Shown here piece by piece: positions 52,234 to 63,936 of a DNA stretch of 64,000 nt. The stretch spans positions 64,396-128,395 of the forward strand of contig CANFBW010000002.1 in the NCBI GenBank assembly GCA_947444925.1, read 5' to 3'. Source of the stretch: Flavobacteriales bacterium (lineage in GTDB: Bacteria > Bacteroidota > Bacteroidia > Flavobacteriales_C > GCA-002722245). The translations under genes were made by a program, and so were the position numbers. Under the pieces are notes generated by a model that was not told the origin of the DNA, ran no database searches, and saw nothing but the letters and a program-made list of their open reading frames with translations. Positions within the stretch are counted from its first letter, which is position 1, and each line of letters starts with the position of its first letter.

Positions 52234-54474
52234 ATGCAAACAAAAACAGTACAACCAGCGGTTACTTTAGAGGTGGCAAAATCTGTCGGACTTCTTGAAA
52301 GCGAATTCGAAAAAATAAAATCCATATTGGGACGTGATCCTAATTTTACGGAGTTGAGTATTTTTTCAGTGATGTGGTCAGAACATTGTTCGTACAAAAA
52401 TTCCATCAAATGGTTGAAGACATTGCCAAAGAAAGGCGATAGAATGTTGGTGGAAGCGGGAGAAGAAAATGCAGGTTTGGTGGATATTGGATCTGGTTTG
52501 GCGTGCTGTTTTAAAATAGAATCACACAATCATCCATCTGCTTTGGAGCCCTACCAAGGGGCTGCGACGGGAGTGGGAGGAATCAACCGCGATATTTTCA
52601 CCATGGGTGCTCGTCCCATTGCTCAATTGAATTCACTTCGTTTTGGAAATATTGAATTGGCCCGAACCAAATGGTTGGTAAAAGGTGTGGTATCAGGTAT
52701 TGGACATTACGGCAATGCCTTTGGCGTGCCGGTAGTAGGGGGTGAAGTGTTTTTTGACGATTGTTACAATACCAATCCTTTGGTAAACGCCATGTCTGCG
52801 GGTATCGTAAAGGTAGGTGAAACCATTTCTGCGATTTCTGAAGGTCCTGGAAACCCAGTTTTTATAGTAGGTTCAGCGACAGGTAAAGATGGAATCCACG
52901 GAGCAACATTTGCTTCTGAAGACATTACTGAGGATTCAGAAGACAAAATTCCAGCGGTACAAGTTGGTGATCCGTTTCAAGAAAAATTGTTGTTGGAGGC
53001 TTCTTTGGAATTGATCAAAACTGGCGCTGTTGTTGGCATGCAAGATATGGGTGCGGCAGGAATCACCTGCTCTACCTCAGAGATGAGTGCGAAGGGAAAA
53101 TGTGGAATGGAAATTCATTTGGACAAGGTGCCGATGCGTCAAGCGAATATGGAGCCTTTCGAAATTTTGTTGTCTGAATCACAAGAGCGCATGCTCGTAG
53201 TGGTGCACAAAGGAAGAGAAAAAGAAGTGCTGGATATTTTTGAGAAATGGGATTTGAACTGTGTTGAAATTGGTACGGTTACAGCCGGCGAACGCATCAA
53301 ATATTATTTCCATGGAGAATTGGTTGCCGACGTTCCTGCCGATGATTTGGTTTTGGGTGGTGGTGCTCCAGTGTATGAAAGAGAATACAAAGAACCTGCG
53401 TCTTATGCAGAATCAAAAAAATTCAATATCGCTCAAATCGAAGAGCCTTTGAACTTACAAGAAGTTATCGAAACGATGATCACCCACCCCAACTTGGCTT
53501 CTAAAGCATGGGTAATTCAACAATACGACTCTATGGTGGGTACTGCCAATATGAGTACCAATCAGCCCACTGATGCGGGGATAGTGAACATCAAAGGTAC
53601 CGATAAAGCGATTGCTTTAACGGTTGATTGCAACGCTCGTTACGTAAATGCCGATCCTGAGATCGGAACGATGATTGCGGTTTGCGAAGCGGCGCGAAAC
53701 ATTGTTGTTTCGGGCGGTGAACCGGTGGCGATCACCAATTGTTTGAATTTTGGAAATCCATATGTTCCTGAAGTATACTGGCAGTTTGTTGGTGCTATCA
53801 AAGGTATGGGCGAAGCTTGCCGTCGTTTGGGTACGCCTGTAACGGGAGGAAATGTTTCATTTTACAACCAATCTACCTTAGATGGAAAAGTGGTTCCTGT
53901 ATTTCCTACGCCAACAATTGGTATGTTGGGAATAGTAGACGACAAAAGCACCATAACGCCACTTGGTTTTCAGAAAAAGGGCGATTTGATTTTTATGCTC
54001 GGTAGCGCGCATGACGACATTAGTTCTTCGCAATATTTGGTTTCTATTCACGGTGTGAAGTCTTCTCCTGCTCCATATTTCAATCTCGACGAAGAAGTGG
54101 AATTGCAAAAGGTGGTGAAAAAATTAATCGGCGCTGCAGTAATAGAGTCGGCGCACGACGTTTCTGACGGTGGTTTGTTTATAACGCTTTTTGAATCAGG
54201 TTTGCCAAAGTCTTTGGGCTTTGACATTACCCTGCCAATTGAATTCCGCAGAGATGCTTTCTTGTTTGGGGAATCTCAGTCGAGAGTGATTGTTTCCATT
54301 CGCGAAGAAAACCACGATGCTTTCTTGAAAGTACTTGAAGGTTCAACGATGCCACATACTTTATTAGGACACGTGACCAAAGGCGAGTTGCGTATTGACG
54401 ACGAGAGCTACGGTTTTGTAGAAGATTTAAGAGTACAATTCGACAGCGCGTTGGGCGATTTGTTGAATAAGTAA
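52234..54474 (+). CDS. purL: FGAM synthase subunit PurL (small type)
   Basis: [51 protein letters not shown]. Confidence 0.97.
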   Translation: MQTKTVQPAVTLEVAKSVGLLESEFEKIKSILGRDPNFTELSIFSVMWSEHCSYKNSIKWLKTLPKKGDRMLVEAGEENAGLVDIGSGLACCFKIESHNHPSALEPYQGAATGVGGINRDIFTMGARPIAQLNSLRFGNIELARTKWLVKGVVSGIGHYGNAFGVPVVGGEVFFDDCYNTNPLVNAMSAGIVKVGETISAISEGPGNPVFIVGSATGKDGIHGATFASEDITEDSEDKIPAVQVGDPFQEKLLLEASLELIKTGAVVGMQDMGAAGITCSTSEMSAKGKCGMEIHLDKVPMRQANMEPFEILLSESQERMLVVVHKGREKEVLDIFEKWDLNCVEIGTVTAGERIKYYFHGELVADVPADDLVLGGGAPVYEREYKEPASYAESKKFNIAQIEEPLNLQEVIETMITHPNLASKAWVIQQYDSMVGTANMSTNQPTDAGIVNIKGTDKAIALTVDCNARYVNADPEIGTMIAVCEAARNIVVSGGEPVAITNCLNFGNPYVPEVYWQFVGAIKGMGEACRRLGTPVTGGNVSFYNQSTLDGKVVPVFPTPTIGMLGIVDDKSTITPLGFQKKGDLIFMLGSAHDDISSSQYLVSIHGVKSSPAPYFNLDEEVELQKVVKKLIGAAVIESAHDVSDGGLFITLFESGLPKSLGFDITLPIEFRRDAFLFGESQSRVIVSIREENHDAFLKVLEGSTMPHTLLGHVTKGELRIDDESYGFVEDLRVQFDSALGDLLNK

Positions 54475-54482
54475 CAGAGCTT

Positions 54483-55763
54483 TTATTTTAATGTGGCGGC
54501 GATGTATTGCGCAATCAAGAGGTTTCCTCTGGCATTAAGGTGTGTGTCGTAGTGCCAGTACAGCAAGGCCCTTTCGCTTTCGAAATGTTTTTTGGATTCC
54601 CTGATTATAAAGGGTTTGCTGTCGTGAAAATCAACGGCATTTTCTGTTGCAACACTACTGAGTAATTTACTGAGCGGCGATGCGCAGGTGTCGGAAGTCC
54701 ATTCTTTTTTTCCATACAACAACCACTGGTACACCTCTTCTTTTGAGGGCAGTAAATAGATTTTGAGTGCTATGTTTTTTTCGCGCATCAACTGCATTGT
54801 TGCTCTAAGTGTTGCTTTTAGTGCCTTGTAGTTTTTATGTGTTTCTATCTCACAATTGCAACAGCCATAATTTTCAAATTCTTTAGCATAGTTGCTGTAG
54901 AAGGTGATTTCTTGATTTTTGTTTATTTTTTTGCGGAGCAGTAGCGCTTGTTTGTCTTCGCTGTGCGCAAGAGACTCAAGTGCGCAACGCAGGGGTGATT
55001 TTTCTCGAAATGCAAAAAAAGAGTCGCGTGCTCTTTCTGTTTTTTTGGCTACGGTATACAGCTCATCGGTGTTCCGGAGCGGACCATAGTTGCCTTCTAG
55101 GTCATTGCCGGCAAAGAGCAACCAAAGTACTGGCGCGCCTTTTTTAAGAGAAATATTTTTGAGTTCGCGTTGCAGTAAATGAAATTGCTCCCATGGTCCG
55201 TTTCCTGAAACAGAAAGATTGTAGCTGTTGTAGTGGAGGTTGGAATAAAGTAATTCACTAATGGTGCTATCTTGCGTGCACATGCCAACTCCGAATGAAT
55301 CGCCAATCAAAAGCGCATCACAATTTTTTTTTGTGTGTGCGTTGTTGCGAAATCCGAGTGCGTCTGTTTTGATGTGTAGTATTTGTTCGCGCGCATTTGG
55401 GTTATTGCTGGGCGCATCACTGTAGTGGATGTCGCGCTCTTGCAAGGGCTTGTATTTTTGAAGCAGGGGCAGGTCGGTAGATGCGAATAAACTTTCTTGT
55501 TCTGCTTGCCAATTGCGGTAAATGTTTATGCTGAGATCGATAGCAGAAATTGAAATGCACAACAGTGTAACAAGAAAAAAGTAATTGCGCGTGCTGCTGT
55601 TTTTATTCAGGAGTTCGCGCTTGCGCCAGATGAGAAAAAGTGCGGTCAGAAAAACGAGGGAGAGCAATATAAAAGCCGATTTTCCCCAAATGAGGCCACT
55701 CGCCAAAGGCAATAGGTAAGCTGTGCAAAGAAAAAATAGCAGTGCGAAAAATCTTTTTTTCAT
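54483..55763 (-). CDS. Membrane-anchored SGNH/AlgX-like protein
   Basis: N-terminal TMs; TDALGFRN, IGDSFG, GNDL, DTHLNARGN. Confidence 0.7.
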   Translation of the reverse strand: MKKRFFALLFFLCTAYLLPLASGLIWGKSAFILLSLVFLTALFLIWRKRELLNKNSSTRNYFFLVTLLCISISAIDLSINIYRNWQAEQESLFASTDLPLLQKYKPLQERDIHYSDAPSNNPNAREQILHIKTDALGFRNNAHTKKNCDALLIGDSFGVGMCTQDSTISELLYSNLHYNSYNLSVSGNGPWEQFHLLQRELKNISLKKGAPVLWLLFAGNDLEGNYGPLRNTDELYTVAKKTERARDSFFAFREKSPLRCALESLAHSEDKQALLLRKKINKNQEITFYSNYAKEFENYGCCNCEIETHKNYKALKATLRATMQLMREKNIALKIYLLPSKEEVYQWLLYGKKEWTSDTCASPLSKLLSSVATENAVDFHDSKPFIIRESKKHFESERALLYWHYDTHLNARGNLLIAQYIAATLK

Positions 55764-55820
55764 CGTGCTAAATATAGCAATAGTGCGCGTTGTTTATTGA
55801 ATCGTTGCGAAAAGGAAGGG

Positions 55821-56693
55821 CTAAAACATTATTTTACATTGAGGCATCAAGGCGCGTAAAAGATCTATGTCGGTGCTAGAAATAGGATTTCCTCTGAGGT
55901 CAAGCAGCTCTAATTTTTTCAGGAGTGCAATTTCTTCGGGCACGATTTTTATGTTATTGTCTTTGAGTGAAAGGGATTTCATTTGTACTAAATCAAAAAG
56001 AGAAGTAGGTATTGTTTCAATGGTGTTTCCTTCTAGTATCAATGTTTGCAGGTTTTGTAGGTTGCCAATTTGAGTTGATATTTTTTTGATTTTACAAGCG
56101 ACCAAAGTCACTTCTTTCAATTGTAGGCATTTGGTAATACTGCGCGGAAATCCATGCAGATTGGAATTGTAAATGGTGATCGAGCGCAGTTTTGGGATTT
56201 TCGAAATGGCAGCGCCAACACGAAAGGTGTCGGTGCTATTGCTGTGTATCTGCAGGGTCTGTAAGTTGAGCAGTGTGGCCATTTCTGATGGCAGTGAGTC
56301 GAGCGCGCTTTGTTGCAGCAGCAATACTTCTAAAAGTTGCCAGTTGACCATTGAAGTCGGAAAGTGCTGCAGCGGGTTTTGAGCAATTTGCAAATACACC
56401 AATTCGCTGAGAGCGCCCATTTCGGTGGGTAATGTGCTCAAGCGGTTGTTGCGCAATACTGCGATTTGCAAGTGCGGCAGGCGTTTTATTTTTTGAATGT
56501 CTTTGCTGAGGTCTTCGTTTTCGGATTGCAATTTGTATACGTCATCTTTTGATTTCATAGCTTCTTCAAAGGAACTGAAGGTTTTGGCTTGCAGCGGTCC
56601 ATATTTATTGAAGGGGCTTTCGGCATCTTGTGCAACACTGCATTTGCAGAGAAAAACAAAGAGGAAGAGGGAGAATGTTTTCATATCTGCCAT
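55821..56693 (-). CDS. Secreted leucine-rich repeat protein
   Basis: Signal peptide; LxxLxLxxNxL repeats; LRGNPIS..L.ALMP.C cap. Confidence 0.88.
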   Translation of the reverse strand: MADMKTFSLFLFVFLCKCSVAQDAESPFNKYGPLQAKTFSSFEEAMKSKDDVYKLQSENEDLSKDIQKIKRLPHLQIAVLRNNRLSTLPTEMGALSELVYLQIAQNPLQHFPTSMVNWQLLEVLLLQQSALDSLPSEMATLLNLQTLQIHSNSTDTFRVGAAISKIPKLRSITIYNSNLHGFPRSITKCLQLKEVTLVACKIKKISTQIGNLQNLQTLILEGNTIETIPTSLFDLVQMKSLSLKDNNIKIVPEEIALLKKLELLDLRGNPISSTDIDLLRALMPQCKIMF

Positions 56694-56811
56694 TAAAATA
56701 AGAAGTTCTTAACAAATTCTGTTTAAATAATTTTGCGAGGGCTATAAAAGAAAAATAATTTACATCCCTATTTTTGATTTACGTAAATTGCCACAAATTG
56801 ATAGAGTACCT

Positions 56812-57675
56812 ATGAGACAGCTGAAAATTACCAAATCCATCACCAACAGAGACAGCATTACCTTAGACAAGTATTTGCAGGAAATTGGTAAAGTAACATT
56901 GATCACTTCGGAAGAAGAAGTAGAGTTGGCTGTGAAGATCAGAGCCGGTGATGCGCAAGCGTTGGAGCGATTGACAACAGCGAATCTTCGCTTTGTGGTG
57001 TCGGTTGCAAAACAATACCAAAATCAAGGCTTGTCATTGCCTGATTTGATCAACGAAGGCAACTTGGGTTTGATCAAGGCTGCACAAAGATTTGATGAAA
57101 CAAGAGGTTTTAAATTTATATCCTACGCCGTATGGTGGATTCGTCAGTCTATTATTGCTGCGATTGCCGACCAAAGCAGAATGGTGCGCCTGCCTTTGAA
57201 CAAAGTAGGTAATCTTACAAAAATTAAGAAGGGGATCTCTGATCTCGAACAACGATTGGAAAGAGAACCAACGGTGGAAGAGATTGCTGAAGCCGTAGAA
57301 ATGGAGGTGGATGAAGTGGTTGGTGCCATTAGTATTTCTGGGCGACATACTTCATTGGATGCTCCTTTTCAAGAAGGTGAAGACCATGGTTTGATAGATA
57401 TTATTCAAAATGAAGATTCACCGACAGCCGATAAAAAATTAATTTTCGAATCTTTGCATGCTGAAATTCAGCGCTCTCTGTCAACTTTGACTGAGCGCGA
57501 GGCCGATGTGTTGCGTATGTTTTTTGGCATTGGCTTGCCTCATGCCTACACTCTCGAAGAGATTGGCAATAAACACGGTTTGACACGCGAGCGCGTTCGT
57601 CAAATTAAAGAGAAAGCAATTCGTCGATTGAAGCACCACACTAAAAGCAAATTGCTAAGATCTTATTTGGGATAG
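56812..57675 (+). CDS. RpoD/SigA-family sigma-70 factor (Bacteroidota short form)
   Basis: [45 protein letters not shown]. Confidence 0.93.
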   Translation: MRQLKITKSITNRDSITLDKYLQEIGKVTLITSEEEVELAVKIRAGDAQALERLTTANLRFVVSVAKQYQNQGLSLPDLINEGNLGLIKAAQRFDETRGFKFISYAVWWIRQSIIAAIADQSRMVRLPLNKVGNLTKIKKGISDLEQRLEREPTVEEIAEAVEMEVDEVVGAISISGRHTSLDAPFQEGEDHGLIDIIQNEDSPTADKKLIFESLHAEIQRSLSTLTEREADVLRMFFGIGLPHAYTLEEIGNKHGLTRERVRQIKEKAIRRLKHHTKSKLLRSYLG

Positions 57676-57694
57676 CAACTTGCCATCATTGTAC

Positions 57695-57726
57695 AAAGCC
57701 ATCTTTGCAAAAAGATGGCTTTTTTT
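57695..57726 (+). terminator. Rho-independent terminator
   Basis: AAAGCCATCTTT-GCAA-AAAGATGGCTTTTTTT. Confidence 0.85.
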
Positions 57727-57915
57727 ATGTCACACCGAGTCGCTATCTATCAGATATACAGTGGTGTTGTGTTGGAAACGAATTCTGCTTTAATAATATT
57801 ATTTCAAAAAACGTAATCAGCTAAATATTGTTTCTTTCCTTTAAAATTAAGGATTATGGAAATTATTTTTTTATTTTTATTTTTATTATGTGGAAACGAA
57901 TTGTATATTTGTGTC

Positions 57916-58078
57916 ACTAGGTTAAAGTTGTAAGGCACCGTGGTGTTTCGGTTCAATATCGTTCTTTCTATTACTCAAGTTGTAAGCTTATTGATTGGCT
58001 GAAAAACACGAGTTCCTTATAAAGTTGTTTTATTATTTTCATCCCTCTAAAAGTCACCTGCGCTCCAGGTGACTTTTT
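57916..58078 (+). ncRNA. Candidate small RNA
   Basis: TATATTTG promoter element at 57904-57911, no ORF, ends at hairpin AAAAGTCACCTG-CGCTC-CAGGTGACTTTTT. Confidence 0.4.
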
Positions 58079-58120
58079 CATTTAAACCATTTTTATTTTT
58101 GTTAGTCTTATCTTTGCTTC

Positions 58121-60904
58121 ATGAAAGGTAAAATCGTTTTGTTTTTTATTCTTTGCTGTTCGCTGCTTGTGGCACAATCTAATACTGTAACAGGACAACT
58201 GAATGACAGCAGTAATTCTATTTCTGTGAGAGAGGCGGAGGTATTGTTGGTGAATAACTCGGATTCAACCCTGCGCTATAAAGGAGAGACCCGTGATGAT
58301 GGATTTTTTAAAATTAATGTTGCTGTTCGGGGAGCTTATCAGCTATTGATTGCGACAAAGGGTTATTTGCCGTACGCACAAAACATTGAAATAAATGGCA
58401 GTGACGTGGCTTTGGGTAAAATAGAGCTGCGCTTGCAAAGCATTGCCTTGGCTAAAATTAAAATTTCGGGCAGTGCTGTCCTTAATAAGCAAGACACCAT
58501 TCAGTACAATGCTAGTTCTTACAAAACCAATGTAGATGCAACGGTAGAAGAATTAGCGAAAAAAATGCCCGGACTCACACTTGAAAACGGGGTAATGAAA
58601 GCGCAAGGTGAAGATGTAAAAAAAGTGCTCGTTGATGGCAAACCTTTCTTTGGTGACGATGCCACCCTGGCTTTGAAAAACATTTCTGCCGACATGGTGG
58701 CGCGCATTGAGGTATTTGACCAGTGGAGCGATCAAGCGGTGTTTACTGGTTTTGACGACGGGCAAGCGTCAAAAACCATCAACATCATCACCAAGAAAAA
58801 TGTTAAAAATGGCATTATTGCCAAGGCTTATACAGGCTATGGCGACGGAGATAAATACCAGGGCGGGGGTAATTTTAATTATTTTAAAGGCAATCGCCGC
58901 TTCACATTGTTGGCCTTGACGAACAATATCAATCAGTCGAATTTTTCTATGCAAGATCTCACGGCCGCCACCGGATCGTCGGCCCCGCCAATGATTTTGG
59001 GTAGAGCTGGTGGACCAAACAATGCCAGTAATCCTGTCAATAATTTTATGGTCAGCGGTCAGCCGGGCATCAATGCGGCGAATTCACTCGGACTCAATTA
59101 CAGTGATTTTTGGGGCAGTAAAATGAAGTTTACCGGCAGTTATTTTTTCAATCACATCAATAACACCAACAATCAATCTTTGGCACGTCAGTATTACTCT
59201 GTGAGCGATACAGCGCAGCTTTACAACGAAAGCAGTGTAAATACCAGCGCCAATTACAACCACCGCGCCAATGTTCGTTTTGAGTATTATATTGATTCGC
59301 TGAATTCCATTATTGCAACGCCCTCGTTCTCTTTGCAAAGCGGAAATTCACTTTTGAACGTAAATGGATTGAATGCCTTGACTACAGGCGATTCTTTGAA
59401 TTCGTCTGTCAATTCCTATACCGCTCAAAACAGTACTTATCGCGCCATCAACGACCTGCTTTTTCGGCACCGTTTTGTAAAAAAAGGAAGAACTCTTTCT
59501 TTTAATGTGCGTGAGGAATGGAGCAATAGAAATGCCAATGGTGATTTGGCGGCAGAAAATTACTATTTCTCCACTGTTCTGACAAAGAGTTTGCGCCAAA
59601 GTACGGTGCAGAATAGTCCGAATCAAAGTCATGCCCTTACAGTGAATTACACCGAGCCGATAGGAAAATGGAGTCAAATTCAAGTAAGCTACAAGGGTAC
59701 TTATCTCACTAATTATTTGGGCGTTGAAACAAGCAATAACAGTAATCTTTTATTGATGTTTACCGATAGTTCACTGAGCAATAAAATGCAAACTAATTTT
59801 TTCACACATTTGCCGGGAGCAGCATTTCGCATCAACAAAGGTAAGAGCTTGCTGTCGTTAGGAGCGGATTACCAATATTCTTTGATGTACGGTGATCAAA
59901 GTTTTCCAACAACATCAACCTTGAATAAAACTTTTCAAAATGTACTTCCCAACGGGATGTTCAGGTATAAGTTTTCCAAAAATATGGATTGGCGCGTGAA
60001 CTTGCGCAATCGCATTGATTTGCCCAATGCGTCGCAGTTGCAGGAAGTATGGAACAATAGCAATCCCTTGCTTCTTTCGCTTGGTAACGCAGCTTTAGTG
60101 CCTCAAAATGTGTGGGTGTTGTACAATCGCTTTTCATACACGAATCCGGTAAACGCACAGTCGTGGATGGTTTTTGCGATGCTGCGCAAAATTGAGCATT
60201 ACGTTTCAAATTCAACCTCGTTGCTGGCAGTAGATACAGTGTTGCAGGGCAAAAGTCTTTTGGCGGGAACACGCTATACACAGCCTATAAATGTTGATGG
60301 ATATTGGAATTCGCGCGTGTATGTGGTGTATGGAACACCGCTGAAAAAATTGAAGATGAATTTGAACTTAACCACCGGGTTTTTCTCATCGGCAACACCA
60401 ACCTTAATGAATGCCAAGCGTGGGATTTCCAATTCATATTCGTTTAATGAAGCAGTGTCGCTGTCGAGCAACATCAGTGAAAACATTGATTTCACGTTGA
60501 GTACAACGGCCAATTACAATATCGTCAACAATTCATTGCAGGCGAATGCTTACAACTATTTCAACCTGGTGACCTCTGCTAAAGTGACCTACCGATTTTG
60601 GAAGGGCGCGGTGCTGCAATCTGAATTGAACCACACATGGTACGCCGGTTTGAATCAAAATTTCAACATCAATTACGCTTTGTGGAACTCGTCGGTGGCC
60701 AAAAAAATTGGCAAAGAAGATGCTTTTGAAATCAAACTTTCAGTGTTTGATGCCCTGCAGCAAAACAACAGTGTGTCGAGAAATGTGAGCGATACCTATG
60801 TTGACGACCTTAAAAGTTTGGTTTTGCAGCGCTATTTTATGCTGACGGCGACCTACAAAATCAAAAAATTAAAGGCGGGAGATCTGCCCGGCGAAAAGCC
60901 TTGA
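58121..60904 (+). CDS. Outer-membrane beta-barrel/TonB-receptor-like protein with carboxypeptidase-regulatory-like N-domain
   Basis: DT..YNASSYKT..DA.VEEL.KKMPG..G..V.KVLVDGK.FFG.D; C-terminal RYFML.ATY. Confidence 0.85.
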   Translation: MKGKIVLFFILCCSLLVAQSNTVTGQLNDSSNSISVREAEVLLVNNSDSTLRYKGETRDDGFFKINVAVRGAYQLLIATKGYLPYAQNIEINGSDVALGKIELRLQSIALAKIKISGSAVLNKQDTIQYNASSYKTNVDATVEELAKKMPGLTLENGVMKAQGEDVKKVLVDGKPFFGDDATLALKNISADMVARIEVFDQWSDQAVFTGFDDGQASKTINIITKKNVKNGIIAKAYTGYGDGDKYQGGGNFNYFKGNRRFTLLALTNNINQSNFSMQDLTAATGSSAPPMILGRAGGPNNASNPVNNFMVSGQPGINAANSLGLNYSDFWGSKMKFTGSYFFNHINNTNNQSLARQYYSVSDTAQLYNESSVNTSANYNHRANVRFEYYIDSLNSIIATPSFSLQSGNSLLNVNGLNALTTGDSLNSSVNSYTAQNSTYRAINDLLFRHRFVKKGRTLSFNVREEWSNRNANGDLAAENYYFSTVLTKSLRQSTVQNSPNQSHALTVNYTEPIGKWSQIQVSYKGTYLTNYLGVETSNNSNLLLMFTDSSLSNKMQTNFFTHLPGAAFRINKGKSLLSLGADYQYSLMYGDQSFPTTSTLNKTFQNVLPNGMFRYKFSKNMDWRVNLRNRIDLPNASQLQEVWNNSNPLLLSLGNAALVPQNVWVLYNRFSYTNPVNAQSWMVFAMLRKIEHYVSNSTSLLAVDTVLQGKSLLAGTRYTQPINVDGYWNSRVYVVYGTPLKKLKMNLNLTTGFFSSATPTLMNAKRGISNSYSFNEAVSLSSNISENIDFTLSTTANYNIVNNSLQANAYNYFNLVTSAKVTYRFWKGAVLQSELNHTWYAGLNQNFNINYALWNSSVAKKIGKEDAFEIKLSVFDALQQNNSVSRNVSDTYVDDLKSLVLQRYFMLTATYKIKKLKAGDLPGEKP

Positions 60905-61030
60905 AATTAACGGAAATAGACTTCCTCTTTAAATTAATTCAAGTTTTTGCCTCTAGTCCTTTGCTTGTATGCTAAAATTCTTATTTTTGGCTACTACTCA
61001 ATAAGAGCTATAATACAAAAACCAATTGAC

Positions 61031-63313
61031 ATGGCATTTGATATCGAAATGATTAAAGCTGTTTACTCTAAATTTCCATCTAGAGTAAGTGCAGCGAGAA
61101 AGGTGGTCGGCCGACCTTTGACATTGACCGAAAAAATCCTTTATACACATTTGTGGCAAGGTGAGTCTTCAGAGTCGTACAAACGCGGCGGATCTTATGT
61201 TGACTTTGCGCCAGACCGCATCGCTTGTCAAGATGCTACTGCGCAAATGGCTTTGTTGCAATTTATGCAGGCTGGAAAAAGCCGTGTTGCCGTACCCACT
61301 ACAGTTCATGCTGATCACTTGATTCAGGCTAAATTGGGCGCGAAATCAGATTTAAACACATCAAACATCACCAATAAAGAAGTATTTGATTTCTTGAGTA
61401 CGGTGACCAATAAATACGGTATCGGTTTTTGGAAACCAGGAGCAGGTATCATTCACCAAGTGGTGTTGGAAAACTATGCTTTCCCTGGTGGAATGATGAT
61501 TGGAACCGATTCTCACACGGTAAATGCAGGTGGATTGGGAATGGTGGCCATCGGTGTAGGTGGTGCTGATGCGGTAGACGTTATGTCGGGAATGGCTTGG
61601 GAATTAAAGTTTCCAAAACTAATCGGTATTAAATTAACAGGTAAATTAAACGGATGGACGGCTTCTAAAGACGTTATCCTGAAAGTAGCTGGCATACTCA
61701 CTGTAAAAGGAGGAACAGGTTGCATCGTTGAATATTTTGGAGAAGGAGCAGAGTCTTTGAGTTGCACAGGTAAAGGAACCATTTGCAATATGGGTGCTGA
61801 AATTGGCGCTACCACGTCCACTTTTGGTTACGATGAATCAATGGAACGTTACCTGCGTTCTACCAGCAGAAATGATGTTGCTGATGCTGCTAATGCGGTG
61901 AAGGAACATTTAACTGCTGACCCTGAAGTTTACGCTAATCCAGAAAAATATTTCGACCAAGTAATTGAAATCAACTTGAGTGAATTGGAGCCACATGTAA
62001 ATGGTCCGTTCACACCAGATAGAGCAACGCCTATTTCTCAGTTGAAAGCAGAAGCTATTGCCAACGAATGGCCTTTGAAAATTGAATGGGGCTTGATCGG
62101 TTCTTGCACCAATTCATCTTACGAAGATTTGGCCAGATCGTCTTCTATCGCGCAACAAGCGGTGGATAAAGGTTTGGTTACAAAGGCAGAATTCGGTATC
62201 AATCCTGGATCTGAGCAAGTGCGTTACACTGCCGAAAGAGATGGTTTGTTAGCTCCTTTCGACAAAGTGAATGCTACTTTGTTTACCAATGCTTGCGGGC
62301 CATGTATTGGTCAGTGGGACAGAGCGGGTGCTGATAAAAAAGAAAAAAACACCATTATTCACTCTTTCAACAGAAACTTTGCGAAGAGAGCCGATGGTAA
62401 TCCAAATACATTTGCCTTCGTTGCTTCGCCAGAAATCGTTGCTGCATTGGCAATTGCTGGTGATCTTGGTTTCAATCCATTAACAGATACTTTAACCAAC
62501 GACAAAGGAGAACAAGTTAAATTCGACGCACCTAAAGGTGACGAATTGCCTGCTAAAGGTTTTGCTGTAGAAAACAATGGCTACCAAGCGCCAGCTGCCG
62601 ATGGTTCATCAGTGGTGGTAGCGGTGAGTCCAACTTCTGATCGTTTGCAATTGTTAGAAGAGTTTACGCCTTGGAACAAGAAAAATATCACCGGTGCTAA
62701 ATTGCTGATTAAAGCAAAAGGAAAATGTACTACGGATCATATTTCTATGGCTGGTCCATGGTTGAAATACAGAGGTCACTTAGACAACATTTCTAACAAC
62801 TGTTTGATTGGTGCTGTTAACGCCTTTGGTGAAGCCGTAAATAAAGTAAAAAATCAATTGACGGGTGAATTTGGTGAAGTGCCTGCAGTAGCGCGCGCTT
62901 ACAAAGCAGCTGGTGTTCCTACCATCGTTGTTGGTGATGAAAACTATGGCGAAGGTTCTTCAAGAGAACACGCTGCTATGGAGCCTCGCTTCTTAGGTGT
63001 TGTTGCGGTATTGGTGCGTTCATTCGCTCGTATCCACGAAACCAACTTGAAAAAACAAGGAATGTTGGGATTGACTTTCGCTAATCCTGCTGACTACGAT
63101 AAAATTCAAGAAGACGATACCATCGACTTCACTGACTTAGAGCAATTCGCTCCAGGAAAACCATTGACTTTGAAATTTACACATGCCAATGGAAGTGTTG
63201 ACGAAATCAAATGCAACCACACTTACAACGACAGCCAAATCGGTTGGTTTGTTGCGGGTTCGGCGTTGAATTTAATTAAAATGGAAGCCGCTAAAAGTGG
63301 TGCTACAGCTTAA
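61031..63313 (+). CDS. acnA: Aconitate hydratase (mitochondrial-like type)
   Basis: [48 protein letters not shown]. Confidence 0.95.
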   Translation: MAFDIEMIKAVYSKFPSRVSAARKVVGRPLTLTEKILYTHLWQGESSESYKRGGSYVDFAPDRIACQDATAQMALLQFMQAGKSRVAVPTTVHADHLIQAKLGAKSDLNTSNITNKEVFDFLSTVTNKYGIGFWKPGAGIIHQVVLENYAFPGGMMIGTDSHTVNAGGLGMVAIGVGGADAVDVMSGMAWELKFPKLIGIKLTGKLNGWTASKDVILKVAGILTVKGGTGCIVEYFGEGAESLSCTGKGTICNMGAEIGATTSTFGYDESMERYLRSTSRNDVADAANAVKEHLTADPEVYANPEKYFDQVIEINLSELEPHVNGPFTPDRATPISQLKAEAIANEWPLKIEWGLIGSCTNSSYEDLARSSSIAQQAVDKGLVTKAEFGINPGSEQVRYTAERDGLLAPFDKVNATLFTNACGPCIGQWDRAGADKKEKNTIIHSFNRNFAKRADGNPNTFAFVASPEIVAALAIAGDLGFNPLTDTLTNDKGEQVKFDAPKGDELPAKGFAVENNGYQAPAADGSSVVVAVSPTSDRLQLLEEFTPWNKKNITGAKLLIKAKGKCTTDHISMAGPWLKYRGHLDNISNNCLIGAVNAFGEAVNKVKNQLTGEFGEVPAVARAYKAAGVPTIVVGDENYGEGSSREHAAMEPRFLGVVAVLVRSFARIHETNLKKQGMLGLTFANPADYDKIQEDDTIDFTDLEQFAPGKPLTLKFTHANGSVDEIKCNHTYNDSQIGWFVAGSALNLIKMEAAKSGATA

Positions 63314-63336
63314 TTAAAATTGATATATTGAATAAG

Positions 63337-63365
63337 ATCCCCACTGAATTTCAGTGGGGATTTTT
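63337..63365 (+). terminator. Rho-independent terminator
   Basis: ATCCCCACTGAA-T-TTCAGTGGGGATTTTT. Confidence 0.85.
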
Positions 63366-63428
63366 ATTTACTTTTAGTTTGTTGGAGGATGAAAGGCTTT
63401 TTGAAAAGCGATGTGAATAATAAAATAA

Positions 63429-63604
63429 ATGATTGTCCGCAATCGTAACCGTTGTGTGCCGAAATTGGCGATAGATACTTCAAAGACCGAAACTTCGTTT
63501 CTCCTCTTAGGCTCAAATCTCAGGAAGACAAATGTAACCGATTACCAACAAAAGTTTTTTGACAATGGTTGTCTTCCTGAGGTACTCCGAAGGATCTATC
63601 GCCC
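63429..63604. repeat. Nested inverted-repeat element, copy 2 (no right outer arm)
   Basis: Gap-free 176-bp homolog of 30342-30517; perfect CTCAGGAAGACAA/TTGTCTTCCTGAG IR. Confidence 0.85.
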
Positions 63605-63936
63605 CTCCGCCTCACCTAGCGTTCTTTTCGCTAAGTGATGTTTCCACTCTCAAAGCCTGAGGCTTATTTTCTGTTGACTAGATGAGGCTTCGCCCATAAG
63701 TGTTCGAAACCTTAATTAGTGAAAATTGGCTTAGCGAAGAGAACGTGAAGCCAAGTGTGTACTGCGGCGCTTATTCTGATGCTATAGATGGTGCAGTGCT
63801 GCGTAAGTTACACTTGCACAATAAATGCTTTTTGGAATTGCATTGTTCAAATATTTGCCTATCTTAGAAACAGAGACGCCAGTCTCCAGGGAATTTTCTT
63901 TACTCTTCTTAGTGTTTTTTTTATTTATTTAAACTA

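Noticed and set aside
63480-63712. Hammerhead-like fragments (CTGAGA..GAAA..GTC on minus; GATGAG..CGAAAC on plus)
   Set aside because: No exact CUGANGA core with correctly placed stems could be drawn.
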